A stretch of 64,000 bases of DNA, from assembly GCA_038207085.1 (NCBI GenBank), contig JBBRAE010000001.1, positions 186,536 through 250,535 of the forward strand. Reading direction: 5' to 3'. The position numbers and the translations under genes were made by a program. Origin of the DNA: Armatimonadota bacterium (GTDB taxonomy: Bacteria; Armatimonadota; UBA5829; DTLH01). Of this stretch, positions 19,857-29,433 are shown one piece after another. The notes under the pieces were generated by a model that searched no databases, had not been told where the DNA came from, and saw nothing but the letters and a program-made list of their open reading frames with translations. How positions within the stretch are numbered: position 1 is the stretch's first letter; every line of letters starts with the position of its first letter.

Positions 19857-21554
19857 ATGAATATAGACGTAAGTTACACTCCATTCAGCCGCTTCGGCTC
19901 GTACATCGCGTTTTCACAGATCGACGACAGCAGAGCTAAGCTGGCCAACATCACGCCAGGGCTTTGGATGCGCTGCGTCCACGGAGATGCAGCCAAGGAG
20001 GTCTTTCGCCTTGAGGTTCTGGTTGACGGCGTGCCCGCGCCTTACGAGATATCAGCCGAACCGGCCGTGCTGACACTTTCCACTGAGCGAGGCAGCGTAC
20101 GTGTGTGCATCTCAAGCACGGATCAAGTGCGCTTCCAGGGAAACGGCATTGGGCTGAGGCTAGTCGGGCGTGACGGCGCTAATAACTGCGCCATACCCCA
20201 ACCTGAGGGACGCTGGCTGATCACAATGGCCACGGCGTTTCGCAACTACGTAGCCGTGCCGCTCGCGGGTGAGCTGAAGGTAGATGCCCCCTGGGGAATC
20301 GCAAAGTGCAACTATGTTCACGTCGATCTTCTGCCGGACTCAACAGAATTCTTTGATATCGCGCTTGATCAGGTCGTCGGAGCTTGGACACCCGGCGTCT
20401 ATTCGAGCTCGTTTGATGATATCGCAGACGCGATTGACCATGAGTTCCGCCAGTTTGCCCAAGGGTGCGGCAGTGTGCCCACGGAGTTCGCGGAAACAGC
20501 AGAAGCGGCTGCCTATCTCAACTGGTCGACAGTCGTTCACCCCTGCGGGCTTTTAGGTCGTCCCGCTATGCTGATGAGTAAGAACTGGATGACCAACGTC
20601 TGGAGCTGGGACCATGCATTCAACGCGATGGCACTTGCCTACGGTCACCCGGAGCTTGCCTGGGATCAGATGATGACCATGTTCGACCACCAGCAGCCCG
20701 AGGGCCAGATTCCCGACTTTGTAAACGATGTCGTCATGCTCTACTGCTTCGTCAAACCGCCGATCCACGGTTGGATCCTCTCCAAGATGATGGACGCCAA
20801 CCCCTGGTTCAGAGACAAGTCACGCGTCGAGGAGATATACGAGCCGATGTGCAAGTTCACCGACTGGTGGTTTGCGCACCGCAACCCAGACGGCGACGGT
20901 CTGCCGCAGTACCACCACGGCAACGATTCTGGCTGGGATAACGGCACCGTGTTTGATATTGGTCTTCCAGTGAAAGGCTGCGATCTTGCAGCGTTCCTGG
21001 TGGTCCAGATGTCGGTCCTCGCTGATATGGCGACAATGCTTGGACGCGAAGAAGAGTCTAAGAAATGGTCGGCAAGGTCTGATGAGACGCTTCAGAAACT
21101 CCTAGCCAAACTCTGGAAAGGCGATTGCTTTGTTTGCCCATCAGCGATCGACGGAAGCGTCACAGAAGAATCTGACAGCATCTTCACCTGTCTGCCGATT
21201 ATTCTTGGAGATAAGCTTCCACTAGAGATTAGGCAGAAGCTTGCGTCTGACATCGAGCGCCATTTGACGGAATGGGGACCGGCAACCGAAAACGTGGGCT
21301 CTCCGCTCTACGAACGTGACGGCTACTGGCGCGGCCCCATCTGGGCACCGCCGACGATGATCATCGCGGACGGGCTTCGCCGCGCGGGCTTTGATGATCT
21401 GGCAAAGGACGTAGCAGGCCGATTCTGCAAACTCTGCAAGAAGAGCGAGTTTGCCGAGAACTTCGACGCTGTAACCGGCGAACCGCTCAGAGACCGCGCC
21501 TACACCTGGACTTCGAGCGTGTTCCTGGTGCTCGCGCACGAGTTCCTGTCCTAA
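19857..21554 (+). CDS. (alpha/alpha)6 glycoside hydrolase, GH63/MGH1/trehalase-like
   Basis: VWSWDHAF, KPPIHG, HGNDSGWDN, YWRGPIW, FAENFD and YTWTSS motifs. Confidence 0.85.
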   Translation: MNIDVSYTPFSRFGSYIAFSQIDDSRAKLANITPGLWMRCVHGDAAKEVFRLEVLVDGVPAPYEISAEPAVLTLSTERGSVRVCISSTDQVRFQGNGIGLRLVGRDGANNCAIPQPEGRWLITMATAFRNYVAVPLAGELKVDAPWGIAKCNYVHVDLLPDSTEFFDIALDQVVGAWTPGVYSSSFDDIADAIDHEFRQFAQGCGSVPTEFAETAEAAAYLNWSTVVHPCGLLGRPAMLMSKNWMTNVWSWDHAFNAMALAYGHPELAWDQMMTMFDHQQPEGQIPDFVNDVVMLYCFVKPPIHGWILSKMMDANPWFRDKSRVEEIYEPMCKFTDWWFAHRNPDGDGLPQYHHGNDSGWDNGTVFDIGLPVKGCDLAAFLVVQMSVLADMATMLGREEESKKWSARSDETLQKLLAKLWKGDCFVCPSAIDGSVTEESDSIFTCLPIILGDKLPLEIRQKLASDIERHLTEWGPATENVGSPLYERDGYWRGPIWAPPTMIIADGLRRAGFDDLAKDVAGRFCKLCKKSEFAENFDAVTGEPLRDRAYTWTSSVFLVLAHEFLS

Positions 21555-21563
21555 TAACGCACG

Positions 21564-21592
21564 TCCGGGAGTCACTCACACTGGCTCCCGGA
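21564..21592. terminator. Stem-loop after the glycoside hydrolase
   Basis: TCCGGGAGTCA/TGGCTCCCGGA inverted repeat, no T-run. Confidence 0.45.
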
Positions 21593-21708
21593 TATCTACC
21601 CCCAATCGCACAATTCCCCAAAATCCCTCCAAAAGAAGCAGGTAATCCCACGTTTTCTGGCGAACTCATCATTAGCAAACTGTTTGCAAACAGGAGATGA
21701 TCTTTACG

Positions 21709-22530
21709 ATGAGTTTGTTTTCATTGACCGGTAAGAACGCGGTTGTTCTCGGCGGCGCTGGCGTGCTCGGCTGTGATGTTGCCCGCGGGCTTGCTGCTAA
21801 CGGCGCAAGTGTAGCTGTCGCCGACCTCTCGCTTGAGAATGCTCAGGCGCTTGCATCCAGCCTGAACACGAACGGCGGCAAGTGCTCCGCCTATCGTGTT
21901 GATGCGATGCTCGCAGAGTCGCTTCAGGAAGTGTGCGACCAAGTTGTAGATGACTTTGGCCAGATCGACATATTGGTTAACGCAGTCGGCGGCAATTCCA
22001 AGGCTGCAACCATCTCAAACGAGGTCGATTTCTTCAATCTGCCCATCCCGGCCCTCCAGAACGTTGTCAACCTGAACCTCTTTGCTGGGGCGATTCTTCC
22101 TTCGCAGATATTCGGCAAGGTGATGACAGGAAACGCCGACGGCGGTTCGATCATCAACGTGAGCTCCATGAACGCATTTCGTCCGCTGACGAGAATTGCG
22201 GGCTACTCCGCCGCAAAGGCTGCCGTAAGCAACTTCACCCAGTGGCTCGCAGTGTATCTTGCTCAGGCAGGGTATCCGATGCTCAGAGTGAACGCGATTG
22301 CGCCAGGGTTTTTCCTCACGGAGCAGAACAGATTCCTCCTCACCGACGAGAAGTCCGGAGAGCTTACCGAGCGCGGGCAGAAGATTCTGGCTCACACTCC
22401 GATGAACCGTTTCGGCAACCCCGAGGACCTGATCGGCACACTCATCTGGCTCGCCTCCGACGCCTCGAAGTTCGTAACGGGGATCGTTGTCCCGGTTGAT
22501 GGCGGTTTCTCGGCTTATAGTGGAGTTTAG
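21709..22530 (+). CDS. SDR-family D-mannonate oxidoreductase (fructuronate reductase)-like
   Basis: GGAGVLG, NVSSMNAFRPLTRIAGYSAAKAAVSNFTQWLA, NAIAPGFFLTEQNR and HTPMNRFG motifs match the SDR mannonate oxidoreductase subfamily. Alternative start at 21697. Confidence 0.85.
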   Translation: MSLFSLTGKNAVVLGGAGVLGCDVARGLAANGASVAVADLSLENAQALASSLNTNGGKCSAYRVDAMLAESLQEVCDQVVDDFGQIDILVNAVGGNSKAATISNEVDFFNLPIPALQNVVNLNLFAGAILPSQIFGKVMTGNADGGSIINVSSMNAFRPLTRIAGYSAAKAAVSNFTQWLAVYLAQAGYPMLRVNAIAPGFFLTEQNRFLLTDEKSGELTERGQKILAHTPMNRFGNPEDLIGTLIWLASDASKFVTGIVVPVDGGFSAYSGV

Positions 22531-22534
22531 AGAC

Positions 22535-23830
22535 ATGGCAAATAGACCTCGAAATGTAGTCGTTGCGCAGTCCGGCGGGCCTTCGCCGGTCATCAACAAC
22601 TCGTTGCGCGGCGTAATTGAAACCTGCAAGTCTATGCCCGACGTGTTCGGAACGGTCTACGGCGGTTGGCACGGCGTTGAGGGCCTTCTAAGGGAAGAAC
22701 TACTCGACATCAGTAACCAGAGCCCTGAGGAGATTTCGCTTCTTCGGACGACCCCCGCTGCGGGATCGATCGGCACATGCCGCTACAAGCTGAAGAAAGA
22801 CCGGCAGGAAGACTTTGACAGGGTAATCGAGATATTCAAGGCCCACGATGTAGGATTCTTCTTCTATATCGGCGGCAACGACTCGATGGATACTGCCCAT
22901 AAGATCAGTGAGCTCGCCCATGAGAAGGGTCTTGACCTGATTGCCGTCGGCGTGCCGAAGACGATCGATAATGACGTAGGTGACTCAGAGTTCAAGCTTA
23001 TCGACCACACGCCGGGCTACGGAAGCGTCGCGAAGTATTGGGCGCACTATATCCAGTGCGCGAACGAGGAGAACCAGGGTTCGTCCCCCGCTGATCCCGT
23101 GCTCGTCATGCAGGTAATGGGCCGCAAGATCGGCTTTATACCCGCTGCCGCGCGTCTCGCCGACCCGGATCGCCGTATGCCGCTACAGATATATCTTGTG
23201 GAGTCAGGCCTTTCGCTTTCAGACCTCGCCGATGGGGTTAGCGATCAACTGAGGACCGACGGACGATGCCTGGTCGCCGTCAGCGAAGGGTTCAATGTCG
23301 GTGACATCGGCGAGATGAAGGATTCCTTCGGTCACACGACGTTCAGCTCAAGCCAGATCACAGTTGCTCAAGTTATCACCAATTACTTGAACAAGGTTGG
23401 ACTTCCGGTTGGCGGCGCAGCGCGGTGTCAGGTGCCGGGATGCGACCAGCGGGATGCCATCGCCTACGCGTCGACGGTCGACCTCGATGAAGCGTATCTC
23501 GTCGGCTGTAAAGCCGTCCAGGTCGCATTTCAGGACGGAAACGGCTATATGGCGACGATTCTCAGGAAGCCGGGCTCGATCTATAGCGTATACTACGACA
23601 AGGTCCCGCTTGAGAAGGTCGCAAACTCAGAGAGAACCTTCCCCAGGGAGTGGCTTTCCGAGTCCCGCACAGACGTGACAGACGAGTTCGTAGACTACGC
23701 GAGACCACTGATCGGAGAGGACTTGGTAAGCGTGCCGATGGTCAATGGCCTGATGCGTTTCGCGCGGTTTGAACCGAAGTTCGCAGACAAAAAGCTGCCG
23801 GACTATATGCCGGTTGGATATCGTAAATAG
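22535..23830 (+). CDS. PfkA-family kinase, PPi-dependent type; substrate uncertain
   Basis: AQSGGPSPVIN, GGNDSMD (Asp at the PPi/ATP discriminating site), PKTIDND, QVMGR. Confidence 0.88.
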   Translation: MANRPRNVVVAQSGGPSPVINNSLRGVIETCKSMPDVFGTVYGGWHGVEGLLREELLDISNQSPEEISLLRTTPAAGSIGTCRYKLKKDRQEDFDRVIEIFKAHDVGFFFYIGGNDSMDTAHKISELAHEKGLDLIAVGVPKTIDNDVGDSEFKLIDHTPGYGSVAKYWAHYIQCANEENQGSSPADPVLVMQVMGRKIGFIPAAARLADPDRRMPLQIYLVESGLSLSDLADGVSDQLRTDGRCLVAVSEGFNVGDIGEMKDSFGHTTFSSSQITVAQVITNYLNKVGLPVGGAARCQVPGCDQRDAIAYASTVDLDEAYLVGCKAVQVAFQDGNGYMATILRKPGSIYSVYYDKVPLEKVANSERTFPREWLSESRTDVTDEFVDYARPLIGEDLVSVPMVNGLMRFARFEPKFADKKLPDYMPVGYRK

Positions 23831-23866
23831 CAAGTTATTCAGAATATCTTGATGGAGGAAGTCAAT

Positions 23867-24754
23867 ATGTCAGATCCGGCACAGGCGCTGAAGGATCTTA
23901 AGAAAGAACACGAGTTTTTGGTCGGGATCGACTCCGACGGCTGCGCGTTCGATACGATGGAGATCAAACACAAGGAGTGCTTTATCCCCAATATCGTCAA
24001 ATACTGGGACCTGCAGGCTGTCTCAAAGTATGCCCGCGAGGCTGCAGAGTTCGTCAATCTGTACTCCAAGTGGCGCGGAATCAACAGGTTTCCGGCGCTT
24101 CTGATGGTCCTTGATCTGCTCGAAGAGCGTGATAACGTCAAGAAGCGCGGCGTAACCATCCCCCGAGCTGAGTCGCTTCGCAAGTGGGCGGAGACCGAGA
24201 CCAAGCTTGGTAACCCTGCCCTTATAAAGGCTGTCGAAGCCACCGGCGACCCCGTTCTCATCCAGACGCTTGAGTGGTCCAAGGCCGTCAACGCAAGCGT
24301 TGAGGACATTGTCCACGGCGTGCCGCCGTTCCCGTTTGTCAGGGAGAGCCTGGAGAAGGTGCTGCCGCTCGCCGATATGGTCGTCGTTTCGGCTACTCCC
24401 GGCGAGGCACTCGTTCGAGAGTGGGAAGAGCATGACATCGCCAAGTACACCAAGGTGATCGCGGGCCAGGAGATGGGTAACAAGAAAGAGCATCTGAAGT
24501 ACGCGATCGATGGTCGCTACCAGCCCGACCACGTGTTGATGATCGGCGATGCTCCCGGAGATATGAAGGCCGCAAAAGCCAACAACGCGCTCTTCTACCC
24601 GATTAACCCCGGCGACGAGGACACTTCCTGGCAGAGGTTCTACGAAGAAGCGTTCGACAAGTTCATCGCTGGCGAGTACGCCGGTGAGTACGAAGCAAAG
24701 TTGATCGCAGAGTTCGACAAGTACCTGCCGGACACACCTTTCTGGAAGAAGTAG
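23867..24754 (+). CDS. HAD-superfamily hydrolase/phosphatase
   Basis: Motif I DSDGC, motif II VVSAT, motif IV MIGDAPGD; GGAGG SD. Confidence 0.85.
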   Translation: MSDPAQALKDLKKEHEFLVGIDSDGCAFDTMEIKHKECFIPNIVKYWDLQAVSKYAREAAEFVNLYSKWRGINRFPALLMVLDLLEERDNVKKRGVTIPRAESLRKWAETETKLGNPALIKAVEATGDPVLIQTLEWSKAVNASVEDIVHGVPPFPFVRESLEKVLPLADMVVVSATPGEALVREWEEHDIAKYTKVIAGQEMGNKKEHLKYAIDGRYQPDHVLMIGDAPGDMKAAKANNALFYPINPGDEDTSWQRFYEEAFDKFIAGEYAGEYEAKLIAEFDKYLPDTPFWKK

Positions 24755-24756
24755 AT

Positions 24757-26001
24757 ATGATCGGAACAGGATACCAAGACCGCCAGCTCACCGAGAGCGA
24801 GGCGGTCAACCTAATTCGTATAGCTCTTGAAAGCGAGAGCTTCGACGGCAAGCGTGTTCTTATGCTGCTGCCGGACCACACGCGTTCGGCTCCGGTGCCG
24901 ATGATGTTCAAGGCGATCTACGAAGCACTGGCGCATCGAACAGCCGCGCTTGACGCTTTGATCGCTCTTGGAACGCATCCCCCAATGGCCGAAGAGCATA
25001 TACATCAGCTCGTAGGCATCACGGGCGACGAACACGAGACTAAGTACTCCAAGACTACGTTCTATAACCATATGTGGAAAGATCCCGACGCGCTCACGTG
25101 CGTTGGAACGATCCCCGAAGACCGAATCTTTGAGATCACCGAGGGAAAGTTCAGGATGCCGGTTGATGTGGAGGTCAACAAGCTTCTCCTCGATTACGAC
25201 CACATCATGATCGTCGGTCCGGTCTTCCCGCACGAAGTCGCGGGGTTCTCCGGTGGAAACAAGTATGTCTTCCCTGGAGTCGCAGGTCAGGGGATAATCG
25301 ACTTCTTCCACTGGCTTGGGGCACTAATCACAAACCCGGTCATCATCGGGACGAAATACACCCCGGTGCGCGGCGTGATCGACGAGGCTGTGAAGTATGT
25401 CCCCACGGAGCGGAGCGCCTTCTCAATGGTGATGCAGGGGCACGACCTGATGGGGATCTACTACGGTGACGTTGACGAATCGTGGTCAGCTGCCGCCGAT
25501 CAATCCGACAAGCTCAATATCATCTACAAAGACAAAAGCTTTCACACCGTGCTTTCCCGCGCTCCTGAGATGTATGACGACCTCTGGACCGGCGGCAAGT
25601 GCATGTATAAGCTCGAACCGGTTGTCGCCGACGGCGGCAAGCTCATCATCTACGCGCCGCACATCACCGAGATCAGCTATACTCACGGCAAGGTGCTCGA
25701 CGAGATCGGGTATCATACCCGGGACTACTTCACGGCCCAGTGGGACAAGTTCAAGGACTACCCCTGGGGCGTCGTAGCCCACTCCACCCACGTCCGAGGC
25801 ATTGGGATCTACGAAAACGGGGTAGAGAAGCCTCGCGTGGACGTGATACTCGCAACCGGCATCCCACAAGAGCGATGCCGACAGGTCAATCTCGGGTACA
25901 TCAACCCGAAGGACATCAACCCCAGCGACTATATGGACAGGGAAAATGAAGGCGTGCTCTATGTGCCAAGAGCCGGTGAGATGCTTTACAGACTGAAGTA
26001 A
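24757..26001 (+). CDS. LarA-family (nickel-pincer) racemase/epimerase, probable sugar-acid 2-epimerase
   Basis: PDHTRS, ALGTHPPM, PHEVAGFSGGNKY and FFHW carry the conserved His/Lys residues of the LarA family. Confidence 0.88.
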   Translation: MIGTGYQDRQLTESEAVNLIRIALESESFDGKRVLMLLPDHTRSAPVPMMFKAIYEALAHRTAALDALIALGTHPPMAEEHIHQLVGITGDEHETKYSKTTFYNHMWKDPDALTCVGTIPEDRIFEITEGKFRMPVDVEVNKLLLDYDHIMIVGPVFPHEVAGFSGGNKYVFPGVAGQGIIDFFHWLGALITNPVIIGTKYTPVRGVIDEAVKYVPTERSAFSMVMQGHDLMGIYYGDVDESWSAAADQSDKLNIIYKDKSFHTVLSRAPEMYDDLWTGGKCMYKLEPVVADGGKLIIYAPHITEISYTHGKVLDEIGYHTRDYFTAQWDKFKDYPWGVVAHSTHVRGIGIYENGVEKPRVDVILATGIPQERCRQVNLGYINPKDINPSDYMDRENEGVLYVPRAGEMLYRLK

Positions 26002-26038
26002 CATAGCGATTTGTACGACTTTCAGCAAAGGAGATTCT

Positions 26039-27451
26039 ATGTCTAAAGCAAATATGGGTATGGTCGGGCTCGGCGTAATGGGCCAGAACCTTGCCCTGAA
26101 TATGGAAAGCAAAGGCTTCAACGTCTGCGGCTACGACACCTCACGCGAGAAGGTCGATGCGTTCGTTAACGGCAAAGGCCAGGGCAAGAACGTCTGCGGC
26201 GCGTATTCGCTGCAGGAGCTGATCGACTGCCTGGAGAAACCTCGCAGAATTATGATGATGGTGCCGGCGGGCAAACCAGTTGATGAAGTTATCGACACTC
26301 TTGCACCGATGCTTGAGTCGGGCGATATTCTGATCGACGGAGGAAACTCTTACTTCCGAGACACTACCCTGCGCACAAAGGCACTTGAGAGCCAGGGTTT
26401 GCTCTTCATCGGCACAGGTGTCTCCGGCGGTGAAGAAGGCGCGCTCCGAGGCCCGAGCATTATGCCCGGCGGCTCGCCTGACGCATGGCCCGCAGTACAG
26501 CCGATCCTCCAGAAGATCGCCGCCAAGGTCCCTGATGGCACTCCGTGCTGCCAGTGGGTCGGACGCGACGGCGCGGGGCATTTCGTCAAGATGATCCACA
26601 ATGGCATCGAGTACGGCGATATGCAGCTCATCTCCGAAGCCTACTTCATCATGAAAGAGGCGCTCGGACTCTCAGCCGATGAGCTTCACGAAGTTTTTGC
26701 CGAATGGAACAAGGGCGAGCTTTCGAGTTATCTCATCGAGATTACCGCTGATATCTTTACCAAGAAAGACCCCGACACCGGGCTTCCGGTAGTCGATATC
26801 ATTCTGGACTCGGCAGGCCAGAAGGGCACAGGAAGCTGGACGAGCCAGATCGCCCTTGAGTTCGGAGTCGCCGCACCGACGATCGCCGAAGCGGTCTTTG
26901 CGCGCTGTATTTCAGCGATCAAGAGCGAGCGGGTTGCGGCCTCCAAAACGCTTTCCGGCCCAGACGCTAAGTTTGAAGGCGACAAGAAGCAGTTCATCGA
27001 AGATATTCGTCAGACGCTTTACGCATCCAAGATCTGCTCCTATGCTCAGGGTTTCGGCCTTATGCGCGAGGCTAACAAGGAGTATGATTGGGGTCTCAAG
27101 TTCGGCGATATCGCTCTGCTTTGGCGCGCAGGCTGCATCATCCGTGCCGCGTTCCTCGACCCGATCAAAGAGGCGTTTGACACCAACCCGGAACTCCCGA
27201 ACCTCCTGATGGCACCCTACTTCACTGATGCTGTCGATAAGGCGCAGAAGAGTTGGAGAAATGTTGTCGCCATTGCTGCTCGGCTTGGGATCCCAATCCC
27301 TGGATTCAGCTCGGCGCTCGCCTACTTCGACAGCTACAGACGCGACAGGCTCCCTGCGAACCTGATTCAGGCGCAGCGCGATTACTTCGGCGCGCACACC
27401 TACAAGAGAGTCGACAAAGAAGGCACATTCCACACCGAATGGATCGATTAG
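26039..27451 (+). CDS. gnd: 6-phosphogluconate dehydrogenase, decarboxylating
   Basis: GLGVMGQNLALN, GVSGGEEGA, HFVKMIHNGIEYGDMQ, QKGTG and QAQRDYFGAHTY motifs. Confidence 0.98.
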   Translation: MSKANMGMVGLGVMGQNLALNMESKGFNVCGYDTSREKVDAFVNGKGQGKNVCGAYSLQELIDCLEKPRRIMMMVPAGKPVDEVIDTLAPMLESGDILIDGGNSYFRDTTLRTKALESQGLLFIGTGVSGGEEGALRGPSIMPGGSPDAWPAVQPILQKIAAKVPDGTPCCQWVGRDGAGHFVKMIHNGIEYGDMQLISEAYFIMKEALGLSADELHEVFAEWNKGELSSYLIEITADIFTKKDPDTGLPVVDIILDSAGQKGTGSWTSQIALEFGVAAPTIAEAVFARCISAIKSERVAASKTLSGPDAKFEGDKKQFIEDIRQTLYASKICSYAQGFGLMREANKEYDWGLKFGDIALLWRAGCIIRAAFLDPIKEAFDTNPELPNLLMAPYFTDAVDKAQKSWRNVVAIAARLGIPIPGFSSALAYFDSYRRDRLPANLIQAQRDYFGAHTYKRVDKEGTFHTEWID

Positions 27452-27485
27452 ACTAGTGGGTCACTTGGCATGAAATCAGCCATTG

Positions 27486-27517
27486 TTGGGTGGCAATTTC
27501 CGAATCGCCACCCAAAA
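27486..27517. terminator. Stem-loop after gnd
   Basis: TTGGGTGGC/GCCACCCAA 9-bp inverted repeat. Confidence 0.55.
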
Positions 27518-27711
27518 GCTAAGACGAAATTTCCGAATCCCGAATGGCGTAATGCATGGCAATTGACCGACTAGTTGTTAACATAAAGCCCACTCAAGGT
27601 AACATAATACCTATTTACTGCAACCTATTTAAAATCCTAAAGCTCAGCACTTGACGAAGCCCTCCTGGTTGCCGACAATAATGATATAGAACCTGGCAAT
27701 ATTACGGAGGG

Positions 27712-27978
27712 TTGGAAGTGTTAATTACAACAAAGATGCGCTGTTTGTCTAGGACTGCCGTGCTGTTTGCGGTCGCCGGATTCTGTATGCCGATGCAACT
27801 GCATGCAGCAACAGACCCAACCGACATTATGATCAGGGCGCTAGTAAAGATAAGCTTTCCGGGTTGCAGTTCAACTACGAATGGCGTCGCAGACAGGGCA
27901 CGCAGCCTAGCTTCGACCAGTTTATTGCACAGATTCAGGCCAGGTTCTAAGGTTGTTGTTTACAAAAGTCCTCTGTAA
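27712..27978 (+). CDS. Small hypothetical protein or gene remnant with a signal-peptide-like start
   Basis: GGAGG upstream; hydrophobic stretch ending in LHA; lies in an AT-richer interval; no recognisable family. Confidence 0.3.
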   Translation: MEVLITTKMRCLSRTAVLFAVAGFCMPMQLHAATDPTDIMIRALVKISFPGCSSTTNGVADRARSLASTSLLHRFRPGSKVVVYKSPL

Positions 27979-28076
27979 AAGCTCACATTATTAGCCAATT
28001 CTGTGTATGAAATGACCGCTAGCGTGGTAGAATATTACTCGGTATCTCAACAATTATGATCGTATCGAAGTGAGCT

Positions 28077-29213
28077 ATGAGATTGTTAGCCAAAATCAAA
28101 CACAGCCATATCTTTCTATCCGCAGCTGCTCTTGCTCTTGCGACAGGCGCTGCCGTCTTTATGATAGACGGACAGCCCAGCAGTGGGAGTATGCACGGTT
28201 CCGGGACCGCTCGCTGCCAGGACTTGCTGCAGCCTGTTGAGCTTGCGTACCTACCGGAAGCCTTCTCTGCGCGACTCTTCCCGCTCAGCCCGTTTGCCCG
28301 ATCACCCCTTGCCAGCAGAGGCCTGTTTTCACTGCAGGGTTACGACGTGAGATCGTTCGCTGACGTGCTCGTAATCCACGAGATAGACCTACGCAGTGGC
28401 CCCGATGAGCTCACCAACGTCGAGCTTGCGAGCGAGGCGGTGGACGGTCACGTTATAGCGCCCTATGACACGTTTTCGTTCAACTCCGTCGTCGGAGAGC
28501 GTTCAGCCGATCGAGGATTCCGTCCGGGGCTGATGTTTTCTCGCGGAGAGGTCGTCACAGGAGTCGGTGGTGGCGTCTGCATAGTATCGACTGCGGTTTA
28601 CAATGCCGCAGTGCGTGCGGGTTATCAAGTTATAGAGCGATACCCACACTCGGGGTGCGTCCGCTACGCCGAACCGGGCCTGGACGCGGCGGTTGTTTAC
28701 GGATGCATGGATATGCGTTTCAAGAACAACACCGGCAACGCCGTCCTTTTGCGGAGCAAGATCGTCGACGATAAGCTCGTCGTCACGCTTCTGGGTAAGA
28801 AGCGGCCTGGACTCACCGTGGAAATAGCTCGCGAGGGGTTCAGAGAGCTTCCGTTCAAGATTGTCACGAAAGAGGATCCGACTGTCCCTGAAGGCACGGT
28901 GCAGGTCAAGACCCCTGCGAGAACAGGCTTCGAGGCGACGACGATACGTGTCATCAAGCTCGGTGGCAAGGTCATAAAGCGCGAAGTCCTAAGCGTCGAT
29001 CACGTCCCGGCCCGCGACAAGATCGTGCTCGTTCCTCCAAAGAATATCGATGAGATGGACAAGCCTGTCGACTTGAAAGCGACTGAAGACGCCACACGGG
29101 TCGAGGCCTCTCAGCCACTTACGGAGCCAGCCAAGGCATCCGACCCGCCGACTTGGACGATGCCGACTACTCAGATAGAGCCAGAACTCGACGTTAAACT
29201 TGGGACCAAATAA
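28077..29213 (+). CDS. VanW-family protein with a G5 domain
   Basis: FSFNSVVGERS, GGGVCIVSTAVYNA, ERYPHS, GLDAAV and DMRFKN motifs; G5-like 'EDPTVPEG...G'. Confidence 0.88.
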   Translation: MRLLAKIKHSHIFLSAAALALATGAAVFMIDGQPSSGSMHGSGTARCQDLLQPVELAYLPEAFSARLFPLSPFARSPLASRGLFSLQGYDVRSFADVLVIHEIDLRSGPDELTNVELASEAVDGHVIAPYDTFSFNSVVGERSADRGFRPGLMFSRGEVVTGVGGGVCIVSTAVYNAAVRAGYQVIERYPHSGCVRYAEPGLDAAVVYGCMDMRFKNNTGNAVLLRSKIVDDKLVVTLLGKKRPGLTVEIAREGFRELPFKIVTKEDPTVPEGTVQVKTPARTGFEATTIRVIKLGGKVIKREVLSVDHVPARDKIVLVPPKNIDEMDKPVDLKATEDATRVEASQPLTEPAKASDPPTWTMPTTQIEPELDVKLGTK

Positions 29214-29257
29214 CAAGACGACAAGTAGTCTGAGAGCGTATCTGAGAAATCCCGATT

Positions 29258-29420
29258 GTAGTGGCCGGTCGCCGTGCCGGCCAGCAGCGCCGAAGGCGCT
29301 GCCCTACTCAATTGACACGAAATTCCACCGTTCTCCGGCTCCTTCGGAGCCGATGCCCGCCACAGCGGACGGCCACTACACTTATCCAGATGGCTGTCAA
29401 AGCGGACGGCCACTACACTT
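29258..29420. repeat. GTAG-family REP doublet, copy 2, plus an extra partial REP
   Basis: GTAGTGGC...GCCACTAC at 29258-29379. AGCGGACGGCCACTACACTTAT is repeated again at 29401-29422. Confidence 0.75.
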
Positions 29421-29433
29421 ATTAGACACGCTC

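Noticed and set aside
27495-27545. Direct repeat AATTTCCGAATC (twice) after gnd
   Set aside because: Two short copies only, one forming a terminator loop; not enough for an operator or repeat call.
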